A stretch of DNA of 64,000 nt from the NCBI GenBank assembly GCA_024679565.1, contig JAIBDD010000003.1, forward strand, positions 42,773 to 106,772. Reading direction: 5' to 3'. Origin of the DNA: Bacteroidota bacterium. GTDB lineage: Bacteria; Bacteroidota; Bacteroidia; NS11-12g; UBA9320. The notes under the pieces are model-generated. The model saw only the letters and a program-made list of their open reading frames with translations. It was not told the origin of the DNA and made no database searches. Of the stretch, positions 47,650 to 56,824 are shown in pieces (within the stretch, counting starts at the first letter, position 1; every line of letters starts with the position of its first letter). A program made the position numbers and the translations under genes.

Positions 47650-50600
47650 ATGAAACGCTTTACTACGCTTCTGTTAATTACTGTTTTTTCCATTCCATTC
47701 ATAGCCGGTCAAACGGTTAACGACACCACCAAAACGCCCTATTGGATTGACATGATGTCAGATCCGTCTGTGAATTTTTACCAAACACAGCGGGCATTCA
47801 ATTTGTATTGGCAAAATAGACCCATAGAAAAAGGCAGTGGTTACAAGCCGTTTAAACGTTGGGAATACAGTACATCGGAATTAATTGATGGTAAAGGAAA
47901 CATCCCAGCACCTGGGCAGCTTGAAGCGGAAGTTCAGAAATATTTAAAGCTAAGAGCATTAAACAGTAGCACTACCTATGGAGCGCTTGGAGGAAGCGCG
48001 GCCACCTGCCAAACCACAGGCAATTGGGTTGAATTAGGACCAACCAATTTACCGTCTAATCGGACGGGGCAGCCTAATGGTCTTGGCCGAATAAACTCGG
48101 TTGCTTTTCATCCAACCGACTCAAACATCATTTATGTTGGTGCACCAGCAGGTGGAATGTGGGTAACCAAAGACGGCGGACAAACGTGGTCGAGCAACAC
48201 TGACTCGCTAGCAAGCTTAGGCGTATCGTCGATCGCAGTTGACCCTACCCATCCCGACACGATCTATTTGGGCACCGGCGATAGAGACGCAAGCGACTCG
48301 TATGGAAGTGGTGTGTATAAAAGTAAAGATGGTGGGCAAACATGGACCCTATCAAACTCTGGTATGGGCAACAAGATTGTAGGCAAATTGCTAATTGACC
48401 CTACTAATACCAACACCTTACTTGCGGCCACAAATGACGGCATCTATCGCTCTACGAATGGGGGTTCTAGCTGGACCCTTGAGCAAAGCGGTAATTTTAA
48501 AGACTTAGTTTTTGACGCAATCAATTCATCCATACTTTTTGCGTGTCGTACCTCAGCACGACTCTATAAATCAACCAATAATGGTCAAAGTTGGAGTCAG
48601 ATTACTTCTGGCCTTCCATCTAGCAAAAGCAGAATGGCTGTGGCTGTAACACCCCACGATTCGAACTACGTATATGTTGTGGTAACCAATTCTAGATCCT
48701 ACGAAGGGCTCTACCTATCAACCAACCGTGGAGCGTCATTCACCCAAATGAGTGATACACCAAACATCATGGACTATTCTCACCTAGGAACTGGCACTGG
48801 CGGACAGGCCTGGTATGACTTAGATATTGCAGTTGACCCAAATGATAAATCAATCGTCAATGTATGTGGCGTTAATATTTTTCAAAGCAAAGACTATGGC
48901 CGAACTTGGAAGATAAATGCCCATTGGGTAGGTAGTGGCGGTGCACCTGCTGTGCATGCCGACAACCACGTAATGGAGTATCAACCCGGAACCAATACGC
49001 TGTATTCCGGAAACGACGGCGGTATCTACTACACTAAAAATTTAGGTTCAAGTTGGAAAGATATTAGTGATGGAATTTCCATTGCGCAAATCTATCGACT
49101 TGGTCAGAGTGCCACTGAATCAAACACCCTCGTTAACGGATACCAAGACAATGGAACAGGTTTTTATGAGAAGGGTAAATGGTATACAGTTATTGGTGGT
49201 GATGGAATGGACTGTGTTATAGATCCAACAACGGCAACCTATGCGTATAGTGAATTGTATTATGGGGATATCCGAAGGATTAAAGACGGTCGAAGTCAAG
49301 GCACCATTGCCAAAAACGGAGTGAATGGCATTTCGGAAACTGGTGGATGGGTAACTCCTTATGTGCTTAGAGAAGGCACACCCAGTACCATGTTTGTTGG
49401 TTATAAAAATATATGGCGCTCCACCAACATTCAGGCTAGCTCCAGAACCAGTGTTTCTTGGTCGAGAATATCAAACAATGTTGCTGGTTCAAATTCATCA
49501 AACATCGCTGTTTTAGAAAACTCAAGTGCCAATTCAAACATTTTATATGTGGCCAGAAGCGATAAGAAGTTTTTTAAATCAACCAATGTAAATGCAACAA
49601 GTCCGAGTTGGACTGACTTAACTTCCTTATTGCCCAATAACGCAAATGTATCGTGGATTGAATCGCATTCAACCTTCACTAACCGATTATGGATTTGTCA
49701 AAGCAACAAAATCTATCAATCCAACAATGGAGGAACAAGTTGGAGTAACATTTCAAATGGTTTGCCCAACATTCCCATATTATGTGTCGTGTTCGACTCG
49801 AGCAGTAAGAAACAAGGCATGTATTTGGGTACTTATATGGGCGTTTATTATAAGGACACAACCATGAGCAGTTGGGCCTGGTTTAACGACAACATGCCCA
49901 TTAATACGCGCGTACGGGATATTGAGATTTACCATAACCCGTCGGGTAGAGGTTTAAGCCACGTAGTTTGCGCTACTTACGGACGAGGTAACTGGAAATC
50001 GTCATTATATGATGAAGACAAGATCAAACCAGTCGCAGGTTTTTCAGTAAACAATTCTGTATTGTGTTCTGGAGAATCTGTAAACTTTACCGACACAACC
50101 AAAAATATGCCCACCGCTTGGTTGTGGAGGATTAGTCCAAACACAATAACCTATTTGAACGGGACAGACAGTTGTTCTCAAAACCCAGAAATAAAATTTG
50201 ATTCTGCAGGGATATACTCAGTATTGTTATTCTCTGAAAATTGTAGTGGCATCGACTCGGTACTAAAAACGAGGTACATAAAAGTTCCTCCTGCCATTGT
50301 TACGGCTAAATGCACAACTACCACCACAAATAAATCTGTAAACTATGGCATTGGCATATTTGAAGTCAGCTTAGGCGGCTATACATTTTCTTCTGCTGGA
50401 TTATACGACGAAGGGGAATATGTAGATAAAACATGCTCAGAAGTTTTAAAGTTACAGGCTGATACTTCCTATCTCACCACAATTAAAACAGGAAGAAGTA
50501 ACGACGAATATGTAAAAGTCTATATCGACTTTAATAACAACGGCGATCTAAGCGATTCGGGTGAATTGGTTTTTGATGCGGGTAAGAATAGAACCACCCA

Positions 50601-53379
50601 TACCGACACCATTAAAATACCTAAATCGGTGGTTACAGACACATTCTTAAGGATGCGTGTCATGAGTGATTTTAGCAGCATTTCAAGTTCATGTGGCACC
50701 CTACGCTATGGTCAAACAGAAGATCGTAGTATCTTTTTTGAGAACACGGCAACCACCGCCTCTGTTTTTGACACGGCATGTACTGCATACACTTGGACGT
50801 TAAACTCCAATACGTATACGTCAAGTGGCACCTATTCGCATACGCTAAAAGGGAAAAATGCCGCTGGTGGTGATTCGATAGTTACCTTACACCTGCTGGT
50901 CAATGATGCTTCCTTTGCAACTGTTTCAGATACGGCTTGCAATACGTACACATGGTCTCAAAACAGCACCACCTACACTTCCAGTGGTGCATACAAAGAC
51001 ACCATGATTGCAGCAAATGCTGTAGGTTGTGATTCTATCATAACCTTAAACTTAATCGTACATGCGTCTAACACTGGATTAGATTCGTTAGTTGAATGTG
51101 ATTCGTATACATGGATAGATGGGAAAACCTATACAGCTAACAACACAACTGCCACTTATACGATAACAAACGCTGCGGGATGTGATTCGGTTGTTACCCT
51201 AAATCTAACCATAAACAAATCGAGTACTGCCACAGATACAGTAGTCGAATGTGATTCGTATACATGGATTGATGGCAAAACATACACATCGAGCAACAAC
51301 ACCGCAACCCACAAAGTGACCAACAGTGCGGGATGTGATTCAACCGTCACACTTAATTTGACTATTTATAAAACTACTACGTCAAGTGTTTCCGACACAG
51401 CTTGTGATAGCTACAAGTGGTCGCAAAACAGCAAAACATACACCTCTAGTGGAACGTATCGAGACACCATAAACAGTAGCAGCGCAAATGGATGCGACTC
51501 CATTATCACCTTAACCTTGGTAATTCACAAGTCAAGTAGCAGCACAGACAAACAGACCGCCTGTGATGCCTATAAGTGGTTTGATGGTAAAACCTACACG
51601 TCAAGTAACACAACGGCAACCTATACACTTACCAATGCAACCGGTTGTGATTCGGTAGTAACACTGAACCTAACCCTCAATAAGTCGAATACAGGAACCG
51701 ATGTCCAAACGGCCTGCGACTCGTATTCATGGATTGATGGTAAAACATATACATCGAGTAACAACAGTGCAACCCATACAGTAAAGAATACTTCCGGTTG
51801 TGATTCAGTTGTTACCTTAAATCTTACCATAAATACCAAAAGCTTTGCATCCGTAAAAGACACCGCATGTGATGCATACACCTGGGCCATCAATGGTCAA
51901 ACATATACCTCCAGCGGCGCTTACATAGACACACTAAAAGGTAAGAATGACGCAGGATGTGATTCCATCATTACCTTAAATCTCGTTATCACAAACTCAA
52001 ATACCGGCACCGATGTACAAACAGCCTGTGATACATACAAGTGGATTGATGGTAAAACGTACACTGTAAGTAACAGCACTGCCACCCATACGTTGGTCAA
52101 CACTTCAGGATGTGATTCTATAGTCACACTAAACTTAACCATACTGAGATATTCAACCGCGACTGACGTACAAACTGCCTGCAACACATTTACCTGGATT
52201 GATGGCAACACGTATACCAAAAGCAATACCACAGCAACACATACATTGAAAAATGGCGCAGGATGTGATTCAATCGTTACAATAAACTTAACGGTGAACT
52301 ACTCAAATACAGGAACCGACGTTCAATCAGCTTGTGATAGCTACAAGTGGATTGATGGTAAAACATATACATCAAGTAATTCGACAGCCCAACATACGGT
52401 GCAAAATGCAACGGGTTGCGACTCTGTAGTTACATTGAATCTGACAATGAATTATTCCAGCTCGGGAGTGGACAAACAGACTGCTTGTGACACGTATAAA
52501 TGGATCGATGGACGAACTTATACAGTGAGCAATAACACAGCAACCCATACATTAACCAATGCCAGTGGGTGCGATTCTGTTGTTACACTCGATTTAACCA
52601 TAAATCGATACAGCACTGGAGTTGACAAACAAACCGCATGTGGCCCATACACTTGGATAGATGGCAAAACGTATACAGTCAATAATACCACTGCAACACA
52701 CGCACTAAAAAACACGCTTGGATGCGATTCCATCGTGACTCTAAACCTTACGATGTATGCACCGAATACTGGGACTGACAAACAAATCACTTGTGAAACA
52801 TTTACATGGATTGACGGTAAAACGTATACGACCAGCACGAACAGTCCGACGCATACCTTAACGAACGCAAATGGCTGCGATTCTGTGGTGACGCTTGACC
52901 TTACCATTGTAAACCTTGATGTAACCGTAAATACAAACGACCCTGAAATGACGGCAAACGCGACAGGTGTGACCTACCAATGGTTGGATTGCAAAAACAA
53001 CTATGCAAAAATTACAGGAGCTACAGCGAAAACATTTAATGCATCAAAAAATGGCATTTACGCCGTTGAGCTAACCAATGGCAATTGTATAGATACGTCA
53101 GATTGCGTTACCATTTTATTGGCGTCAGCGTTGAAAGACGAACTGTTTACTAACGTAAACGTATATCCAAATCCTAATGACGGATTAGTCAATATTGATT
53201 TGGGTGATTTGAAAGATGTAACGATATCGGTGTACGACTTAGCCGGTAAATTGATTTATGTAAAGACAAATATTAATTCAGCCATCTTCCAGTTTGAATT
53301 AGAGGCGGCTAAAGGTACTTACGTGATAGAGCTTGTATCTGAAGGCAAAACGCATCAAGTGAAGTTGGTGAAGAGGTAG
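47650..53379 (+). CDS. giant T9SS-secreted protein: Asp-box (BNR/sortilin-like) propeller region, PKD domain, GEVED-like domain, 14 tandem repeats and a Por C-terminal sorting domain
   Basis: It has a signal peptide and eight SxDxGxTW-like Asp-boxes (TKDGGQTWS, SKDGGQTWT, STNGGSSWT and others). The PKD-like segment starts KPVAGFSVNN. The GEVED-like segment is YIDFNNNGDLSDSGE...RYGQTEDR. The C-terminus carries VNVYPNPNDGLVNIDL...VKLVKR. Confidence 0.85.
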   Translation: MKRFTTLLLITVFSIPFIAGQTVNDTTKTPYWIDMMSDPSVNFYQTQRAFNLYWQNRPIEKGSGYKPFKRWEYSTSELIDGKGNIPAPGQLEAEVQKYLKLRALNSSTTYGALGGSAATCQTTGNWVELGPTNLPSNRTGQPNGLGRINSVAFHPTDSNIIYVGAPAGGMWVTKDGGQTWSSNTDSLASLGVSSIAVDPTHPDTIYLGTGDRDASDSYGSGVYKSKDGGQTWTLSNSGMGNKIVGKLLIDPTNTNTLLAATNDGIYRSTNGGSSWTLEQSGNFKDLVFDAINSSILFACRTSARLYKSTNNGQSWSQITSGLPSSKSRMAVAVTPHDSNYVYVVVTNSRSYEGLYLSTNRGASFTQMSDTPNIMDYSHLGTGTGGQAWYDLDIAVDPNDKSIVNVCGVNIFQSKDYGRTWKINAHWVGSGGAPAVHADNHVMEYQPGTNTLYSGNDGGIYYTKNLGSSWKDISDGISIAQIYRLGQSATESNTLVNGYQDNGTGFYEKGKWYTVIGGDGMDCVIDPTTATYAYSELYYGDIRRIKDGRSQGTIAKNGVNGISETGGWVTPYVLREGTPSTMFVGYKNIWRSTNIQASSRTSVSWSRISNNVAGSNSSNIAVLENSSANSNILYVARSDKKFFKSTNVNATSPSWTDLTSLLPNNANVSWIESHSTFTNRLWICQSNKIYQSNNGGTSWSNISNGLPNIPILCVVFDSSSKKQGMYLGTYMGVYYKDTTMSSWAWFNDNMPINTRVRDIEIYHNPSGRGLSHVVCATYGRGNWKSSLYDEDKIKPVAGFSVNNSVLCSGESVNFTDTTKNMPTAWLWRISPNTITYLNGTDSCSQNPEIKFDSAGIYSVLLFSENCSGIDSVLKTRYIKVPPAIVTAKCTTTTTNKSVNYGIGIFEVSLGGYTFSSAGLYDEGEYVDKTCSEVLKLQADTSYLTTIKTGRSNDEYVKVYIDFNNNGDLSDSGELVFDAGKNRTTHTDTIKIPKSVVTDTFLRMRVMSDFSSISSSCGTLRYGQTEDRSIFFENTATTASVFDTACTAYTWTLNSNTYTSSGTYSHTLKGKNAAGGDSIVTLHLLVNDASFATVSDTACNTYTWSQNSTTYTSSGAYKDTMIAANAVGCDSIITLNLIVHASNTGLDSLVECDSYTWIDGKTYTANNTTATYTITNAAGCDSVVTLNLTINKSSTATDTVVECDSYTWIDGKTYTSSNNTATHKVTNSAGCDSTVTLNLTIYKTTTSSVSDTACDSYKWSQNSKTYTSSGTYRDTINSSSANGCDSIITLTLVIHKSSSSTDKQTACDAYKWFDGKTYTSSNTTATYTLTNATGCDSVVTLNLTLNKSNTGTDVQTACDSYSWIDGKTYTSSNNSATHTVKNTSGCDSVVTLNLTINTKSFASVKDTACDAYTWAINGQTYTSSGAYIDTLKGKNDAGCDSIITLNLVITNSNTGTDVQTACDTYKWIDGKTYTVSNSTATHTLVNTSGCDSIVTLNLTILRYSTATDVQTACNTFTWIDGNTYTKSNTTATHTLKNGAGCDSIVTINLTVNYSNTGTDVQSACDSYKWIDGKTYTSSNSTAQHTVQNATGCDSVVTLNLTMNYSSSGVDKQTACDTYKWIDGRTYTVSNNTATHTLTNASGCDSVVTLDLTINRYSTGVDKQTACGPYTWIDGKTYTVNNTTATHALKNTLGCDSIVTLNLTMYAPNTGTDKQITCETFTWIDGKTYTTSTNSPTHTLTNANGCDSVVTLDLTIVNLDVTVNTNDPEMTANATGVTYQWLDCKNNYAKITGATAKTFNASKNGIYAVELTNGNCIDTSDCVTILLASALKDELFTNVNVYPNPNDGLVNIDLGDLKDVTISVYDLAGKLIYVKTNINSAIFQFELEAAKGTYVIELVSEGKTHQVKLVKR
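50758..52914 (+). repeat. 14 tandem copies of a repeat of about 153 nt (about 51 aa) inside the giant CDS
   Basis: Consensus: sNTGTDvQTACDsYkWIDGKTYTsSNnTATHTLtNasGCDSvVTLNLTin. It spans aa 1037-1755. Confidence 0.9.
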
Positions 53380-53394
53380 GGAGTTGTTTAAGAG

Positions 53395-53443
53395 CAGAGA
53401 AGAAAGAACAGAGAAGAAAGAAAATAGAACAGAGAAAATAGAC
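53395..53443 (+). repeat. purine-rich word duplication (CAGAGAAGAAAGAA x2, then AATAGAACAGAGAAAATAGAC)
   Basis: It is a direct tandem duplication read from the sequence, 16 nt after the stop of the giant CDS. Confidence 0.75.
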
Positions 53444-53533
53444 TTACATTGTCATGGATTGATGTCATGCGTCCTAAGTCATCCAAAACACCAATGCGCT
53501 AACACGCCAAAAGCGAAGCGTACCAAAAGTGCC

Positions 53534-54325
53534 CTACTTCACCTTCACCGTGTAATATGCACACGTTGTGACAAAGTTCCGTAAGAATGGAATGTAATTC
53601 ACAATACCTAACTGCTTTCGTGGTTTTAATCCAAATTTGAATTTATAGATTGGATTGAACAGATAAAATGTTTTGTTTACGATTTCCAATCCAGCCGACT
53701 TCGTAATGCGTTCAAAACGTTCTATGGAAATACCGGTGTCTTTAATTTCTTCTAAACCTTCAATCATCGCTTCTGATTCGCCAAACATTTTTAGCATGCC
53801 CTTGTATAAAAACTTGGGCAGAATGTGATAATAAGGCAGCTTGCTACCAACTTTCGATTTGGCCACCTGCTGATGTCCACCATAAGGCATATACCACGGA
53901 GGGAATCCAAAAAAGATAATACCGTTTGGCGCCAGAAAGTCTTTTAAACGGACCATGATTTTTTCTTGCTCATGGATATGCTCAATCACATCTTTTAAAA
54001 TAATCAGATCGAATTTTGGCTGAAACTGATTGGGATCTATGTCATAAATGTCTTTTGCAATGAACTGGATCAGGCCTTGCTTCACCTCCTTTTCCATAAG
54101 CGCTTTTGCCCGTTCCACACGTTGCGGACTCAATTCAACACCTACACAGTGATGCCATCGTGCGGTAAAAGCACTTAGAACTCCAGCTTCACCACTACCG
54201 ATTTCAAGAACGTGTAATGGCTTTGAAACGTCGATAGATTCTGAGACAAATGGGATAACATATTGCTCTGTTACCTCACGCGTCATATCATGATAACGCT
54301 TCATATCTCCGTGGAATTCGTACAT
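53534..54325 (-). CDS. class I SAM-dependent methyltransferase
   Basis: Motif I VLEIGSGEAG, an acidic residue at the end of strand 2 (GVELS) and the downstream LILKDVIEHI segment. Confidence 0.8.
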   Translation of the reverse strand: MYEFHGDMKRYHDMTREVTEQYVIPFVSESIDVSKPLHVLEIGSGEAGVLSAFTARWHHCVGVELSPQRVERAKALMEKEVKQGLIQFIAKDIYDIDPNQFQPKFDLIILKDVIEHIHEQEKIMVRLKDFLAPNGIIFFGFPPWYMPYGGHQQVAKSKVGSKLPYYHILPKFLYKGMLKMFGESEAMIEGLEEIKDTGISIERFERITKSAGLEIVNKTFYLFNPIYKFKFGLKPRKQLGIVNYIPFLRNFVTTCAYYTVKVK

Positions 54326-54440
54326 GCTGCAATTTTAGTAAGAAAAAGCAAATAAAAACACACCGATTCCCCTCACACAGATACTAATTTTTGTAAAAAT
54401 TATTCGACTTCACATTATACCTCAACTTCAACTTAAATAA

Positions 54441-54448
54441 TATCTTTG
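54441..54448 (+). promoter_or_regulatory. candidate -7 box TATCTTTG for lepA
   Basis: It matches TAnnTTTG and lies 7 nt upstream of the lepA ATG, implying a near-leaderless transcript. I saw no well-spaced TTG. Confidence 0.35.
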
Positions 54449-54455
54449 CCGCCGC

Positions 54456-56246
54456 ATGAAAAACATCCGTAACTTTTGCATCATCGCGCATATCGACCAT
54501 GGTAAATCAACCTTGGCGGATAGACTCTTACAAGAAACGAAGACCGTTTCGGAAAGAGATTTAAAAGCGCAGGTGCTTGACGATATGGATTTGGAGCGCG
54601 AACGTGGGATAACCATTAAGTCGCATGCCATTCAAATGAAACATGTATATGAGGGTGTTGAATACACACTTAACTTGATTGACACCCCAGGACACGTTGA
54701 TTTTTCATACGAAGTATCACGGTCTATTGCTGCTTGTGAAGGTGCTTTGCTCATCGTTGATGCGGCACAAGGCATACAAGCACAAACCATTTCAAACCTT
54801 TACCTCGCCCTTGACCATGAGTTGGAAATTATACCAATCCTCAATAAAATGGATTTGCCAGGCGCTATGCCGGAAGAGGTAAAAGACCAAATTGAAGAAC
54901 TCATTCTTTGTGACCGAGACGACATCATACCTGCCAGTGGCAAAACTGGTCTTGGTGTCACTGAAATATTAAAGGCAATAATCGACCGTGTGCCCTCTCC
55001 TAAAGGAGAACCAAAAGCACCATTGAAAGCACTGATTTTCGATTCTGTTTTCAATTCGTTTAGAGGCATTATCGCATACTATAAGGTTATAGACGGTTCT
55101 ATACAAAAAGGCGATCACGTTAAATTTATCAATACGGGCAAAGAATACCATGCTGATGAAATTGGCATTTTAAAGCTTTCACAAGAGCCTGCTGATGAGA
55201 TAAAAACTGGTAATGTGGGGTATATCATTTCCGGAATTAAAGAAGCCAAGGAAGTAAAAGTTGGGGACACGATAACCAAAGTTGACAATCCTACACAAAC
55301 AGCAGTATTGGGTTTTGAGGATGTAAAACCAATGGTTTTTGCAGGAATCTATCCTGTAGATACAGAGGACTTTGAAGAGTTGCGTGAAGCTATGGGCAAA
55401 CTGCAATTAAATGATGCCTCTTTAGTTTTTGAGCCTGAATCATCTGCGGCACTTGGTTTTGGCTTCCGTTGTGGATTCCTTGGCATGCTCCATATGGAGA
55501 TTATTCAGGAACGATTGGAACGCGAATTCGGCATGACCGTAATTACAACTGTTCCTAACGTTTCGTACCATGCCTACAACAAACGAGGAGAACAGAACAT
55601 CGTAAATAACCCAACAGATTTACCACAAGGCAGCAACCTCGATTACGTTGAAGAACCATATATCAATGCACAAATAATCACTGCTGGTGATTACGTAGGA
55701 GCCGTGATGGGCTTATGTATGGAAAAACGTGGGCAACTCAAAAATCAGGTCTATTTGACCACCAGTCGAGTTGAATTGACTTTTGAAATGCCGATGGCCG
55801 AAGTTGTCTTTGATTTTTACGACAAGTTAAAGTCGATATCGCGTGGATATGCCAGTTTTGACTACCACCCAATAGAATACCGTCAATCGGAACTAATAAA
55901 GCTGGACATACTCTTAAACGCAAAACCTGTGGACGCATTATCTGCCATTATCCATAGAGATAAGGCGTATGAATACGGTAAGAAGATTTGCTTGAAGTTG
56001 AAAGAACTAATCCCGAAGCAGCAATTCGAAATTGCTATTCAAGCTGGTATTGGCAGCAAGATTGTTGCGCGTGAAACAATCAAAGCAATGCGTAAGGATG
56101 TTACCGCTAAATGTTACGGTGGTGATATTACCCGTAAACGTAAACTGCTAGAAAAACAGAAAAAAGGTAAAAAACGTATGCGCCAAGTGGGTAACGTTGA
56201 AATTCCTCAATCTGCGTTTATGGCGGTGTTGAAGATTAATGATTAG
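54456..56246 (+). CDS. lepA: translation elongation factor 4 (LepA)
   Basis: G-domain motifs [14 protein letters not shown] and NKMD, plus the LepA C-terminal domain. It is 596 aa. Confidence 0.97.
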   Translation: MKNIRNFCIIAHIDHGKSTLADRLLQETKTVSERDLKAQVLDDMDLERERGITIKSHAIQMKHVYEGVEYTLNLIDTPGHVDFSYEVSRSIAACEGALLIVDAAQGIQAQTISNLYLALDHELEIIPILNKMDLPGAMPEEVKDQIEELILCDRDDIIPASGKTGLGVTEILKAIIDRVPSPKGEPKAPLKALIFDSVFNSFRGIIAYYKVIDGSIQKGDHVKFINTGKEYHADEIGILKLSQEPADEIKTGNVGYIISGIKEAKEVKVGDTITKVDNPTQTAVLGFEDVKPMVFAGIYPVDTEDFEELREAMGKLQLNDASLVFEPESSAALGFGFRCGFLGMLHMEIIQERLEREFGMTVITTVPNVSYHAYNKRGEQNIVNNPTDLPQGSNLDYVEEPYINAQIITAGDYVGAVMGLCMEKRGQLKNQVYLTTSRVELTFEMPMAEVVFDFYDKLKSISRGYASFDYHPIEYRQSELIKLDILLNAKPVDALSAIIHRDKAYEYGKKICLKLKELIPKQQFEIAIQAGIGSKIVARETIKAMRKDVTAKCYGGDITRKRKLLEKQKKGKKRMRQVGNVEIPQSAFMAVLKIND

Positions 56247-56295
56247 TTTTTGTTTTCTATTTTTCATTTAGGGCTTTCCAGCCCTTGAACCCGGA

Positions 56296-56756
56296 TTTCA
56301 TTCTTTTTGGCAAAAAGAACGAAACAAGAAAAGCCTAAAAATAATAAGCCCTTCGTTTTGGTTCACTCAACCCTCCACCACATCTAGGCCACCAGAACCC
56401 AACATCGCACACCGCCGATTATTTTTGACCACCCGCGCTTCGCGTTGTAGCTAGATTAGGCTGTCGTCGTACTGGAGCGATGGCCCACCAAAAATACGAG
56501 GGGCGGCGCACTTGTCCAGACCATAGCGTCTGGGTTTCTGTTAGGCCTTCGCTCTAAAATCTACGCACGAGTTAAACCGACCTTTGAATTATTCTGTAGA
56601 AATCGAGAAAGGCAATTGTGTGTAGGGTTTGCACTAAGCGGACAGGAAAGCGCAGCGACTTTGGCTGTGGGAAGGAATTGGCTTTCGTAGAGTTCAAAGA
56701 AGAATTCAGAAGTCTTGATTTTTTTGCTTCGTTTTTTCATCAAGGAAAAAATGAAG
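56296..56756. other. ORF-free GC-rich island bounded by AT-rich hairpins (candidate structured ncRNA or decayed MITE-like element)
   Basis: Hairpins at 56301-56319 (TTCTTTTT-GGC-AAAAAGAA) and 56727-56756 (CTTCGTTTTTTC-ATCAAG-GAAAAAATGAAG). The flanks are imperfect inverted copies of each other. There is an internal GC hairpin at 56516-56533. Stops are frequent in all frames. Confidence 0.3.
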
Positions 56757-56824
56757 ATTGGTTATAGGCAGATAAGCCTAAGCAACGAAAGCAACGTTAC
56801 CTGAATTTGAAACATCTTTTCATT

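Noticed and set aside
51156-52907. A series of antisense ORFs (64-129 aa) inside the giant gene.
   Set aside because: They are mirror images of the 153-nt tandem repeat (repetitive V/S/T-rich translations with the same period). They lack independent start context and are fully contained in a strongly supported sense CDS.
53384-53584. A 66-aa plus-strand ORF after the giant gene.
   Set aside because: It starts in the purine-rich word repeat and overlaps the 3' end of the convergent methyltransferase CDS. Its sequence is low-complexity (REERTEKKENRTEK).
56561-56743. A 60-aa antisense ORF (MMKKRSKKIKTSEFFF...) in the lepA-downstream island.
   Set aside because: Its start lies inside the AT hairpin and its composition is atypical. 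I recognise no motif, and the surrounding frames are full of stops. I treat it as part of the non-coding island.
56250-56806. Possible tmRNA, RNase P RNA, SRP RNA or tRNA in the GC-rich island.
   Set aside because: I looked for GGGGCTGA-type 5' ends, a GGTTCGA(A/T)TCC T-arm, an ..YALAA tag frame, GAGGAAAGTCCGGGC (RNase P) and GGAAGGAAGCAGC (SRP) on both strands. I found only weak partial resemblances (ACAGAAACCCAGAC, GGAAAGCGCAGC). This needs an Infernal scan to settle.
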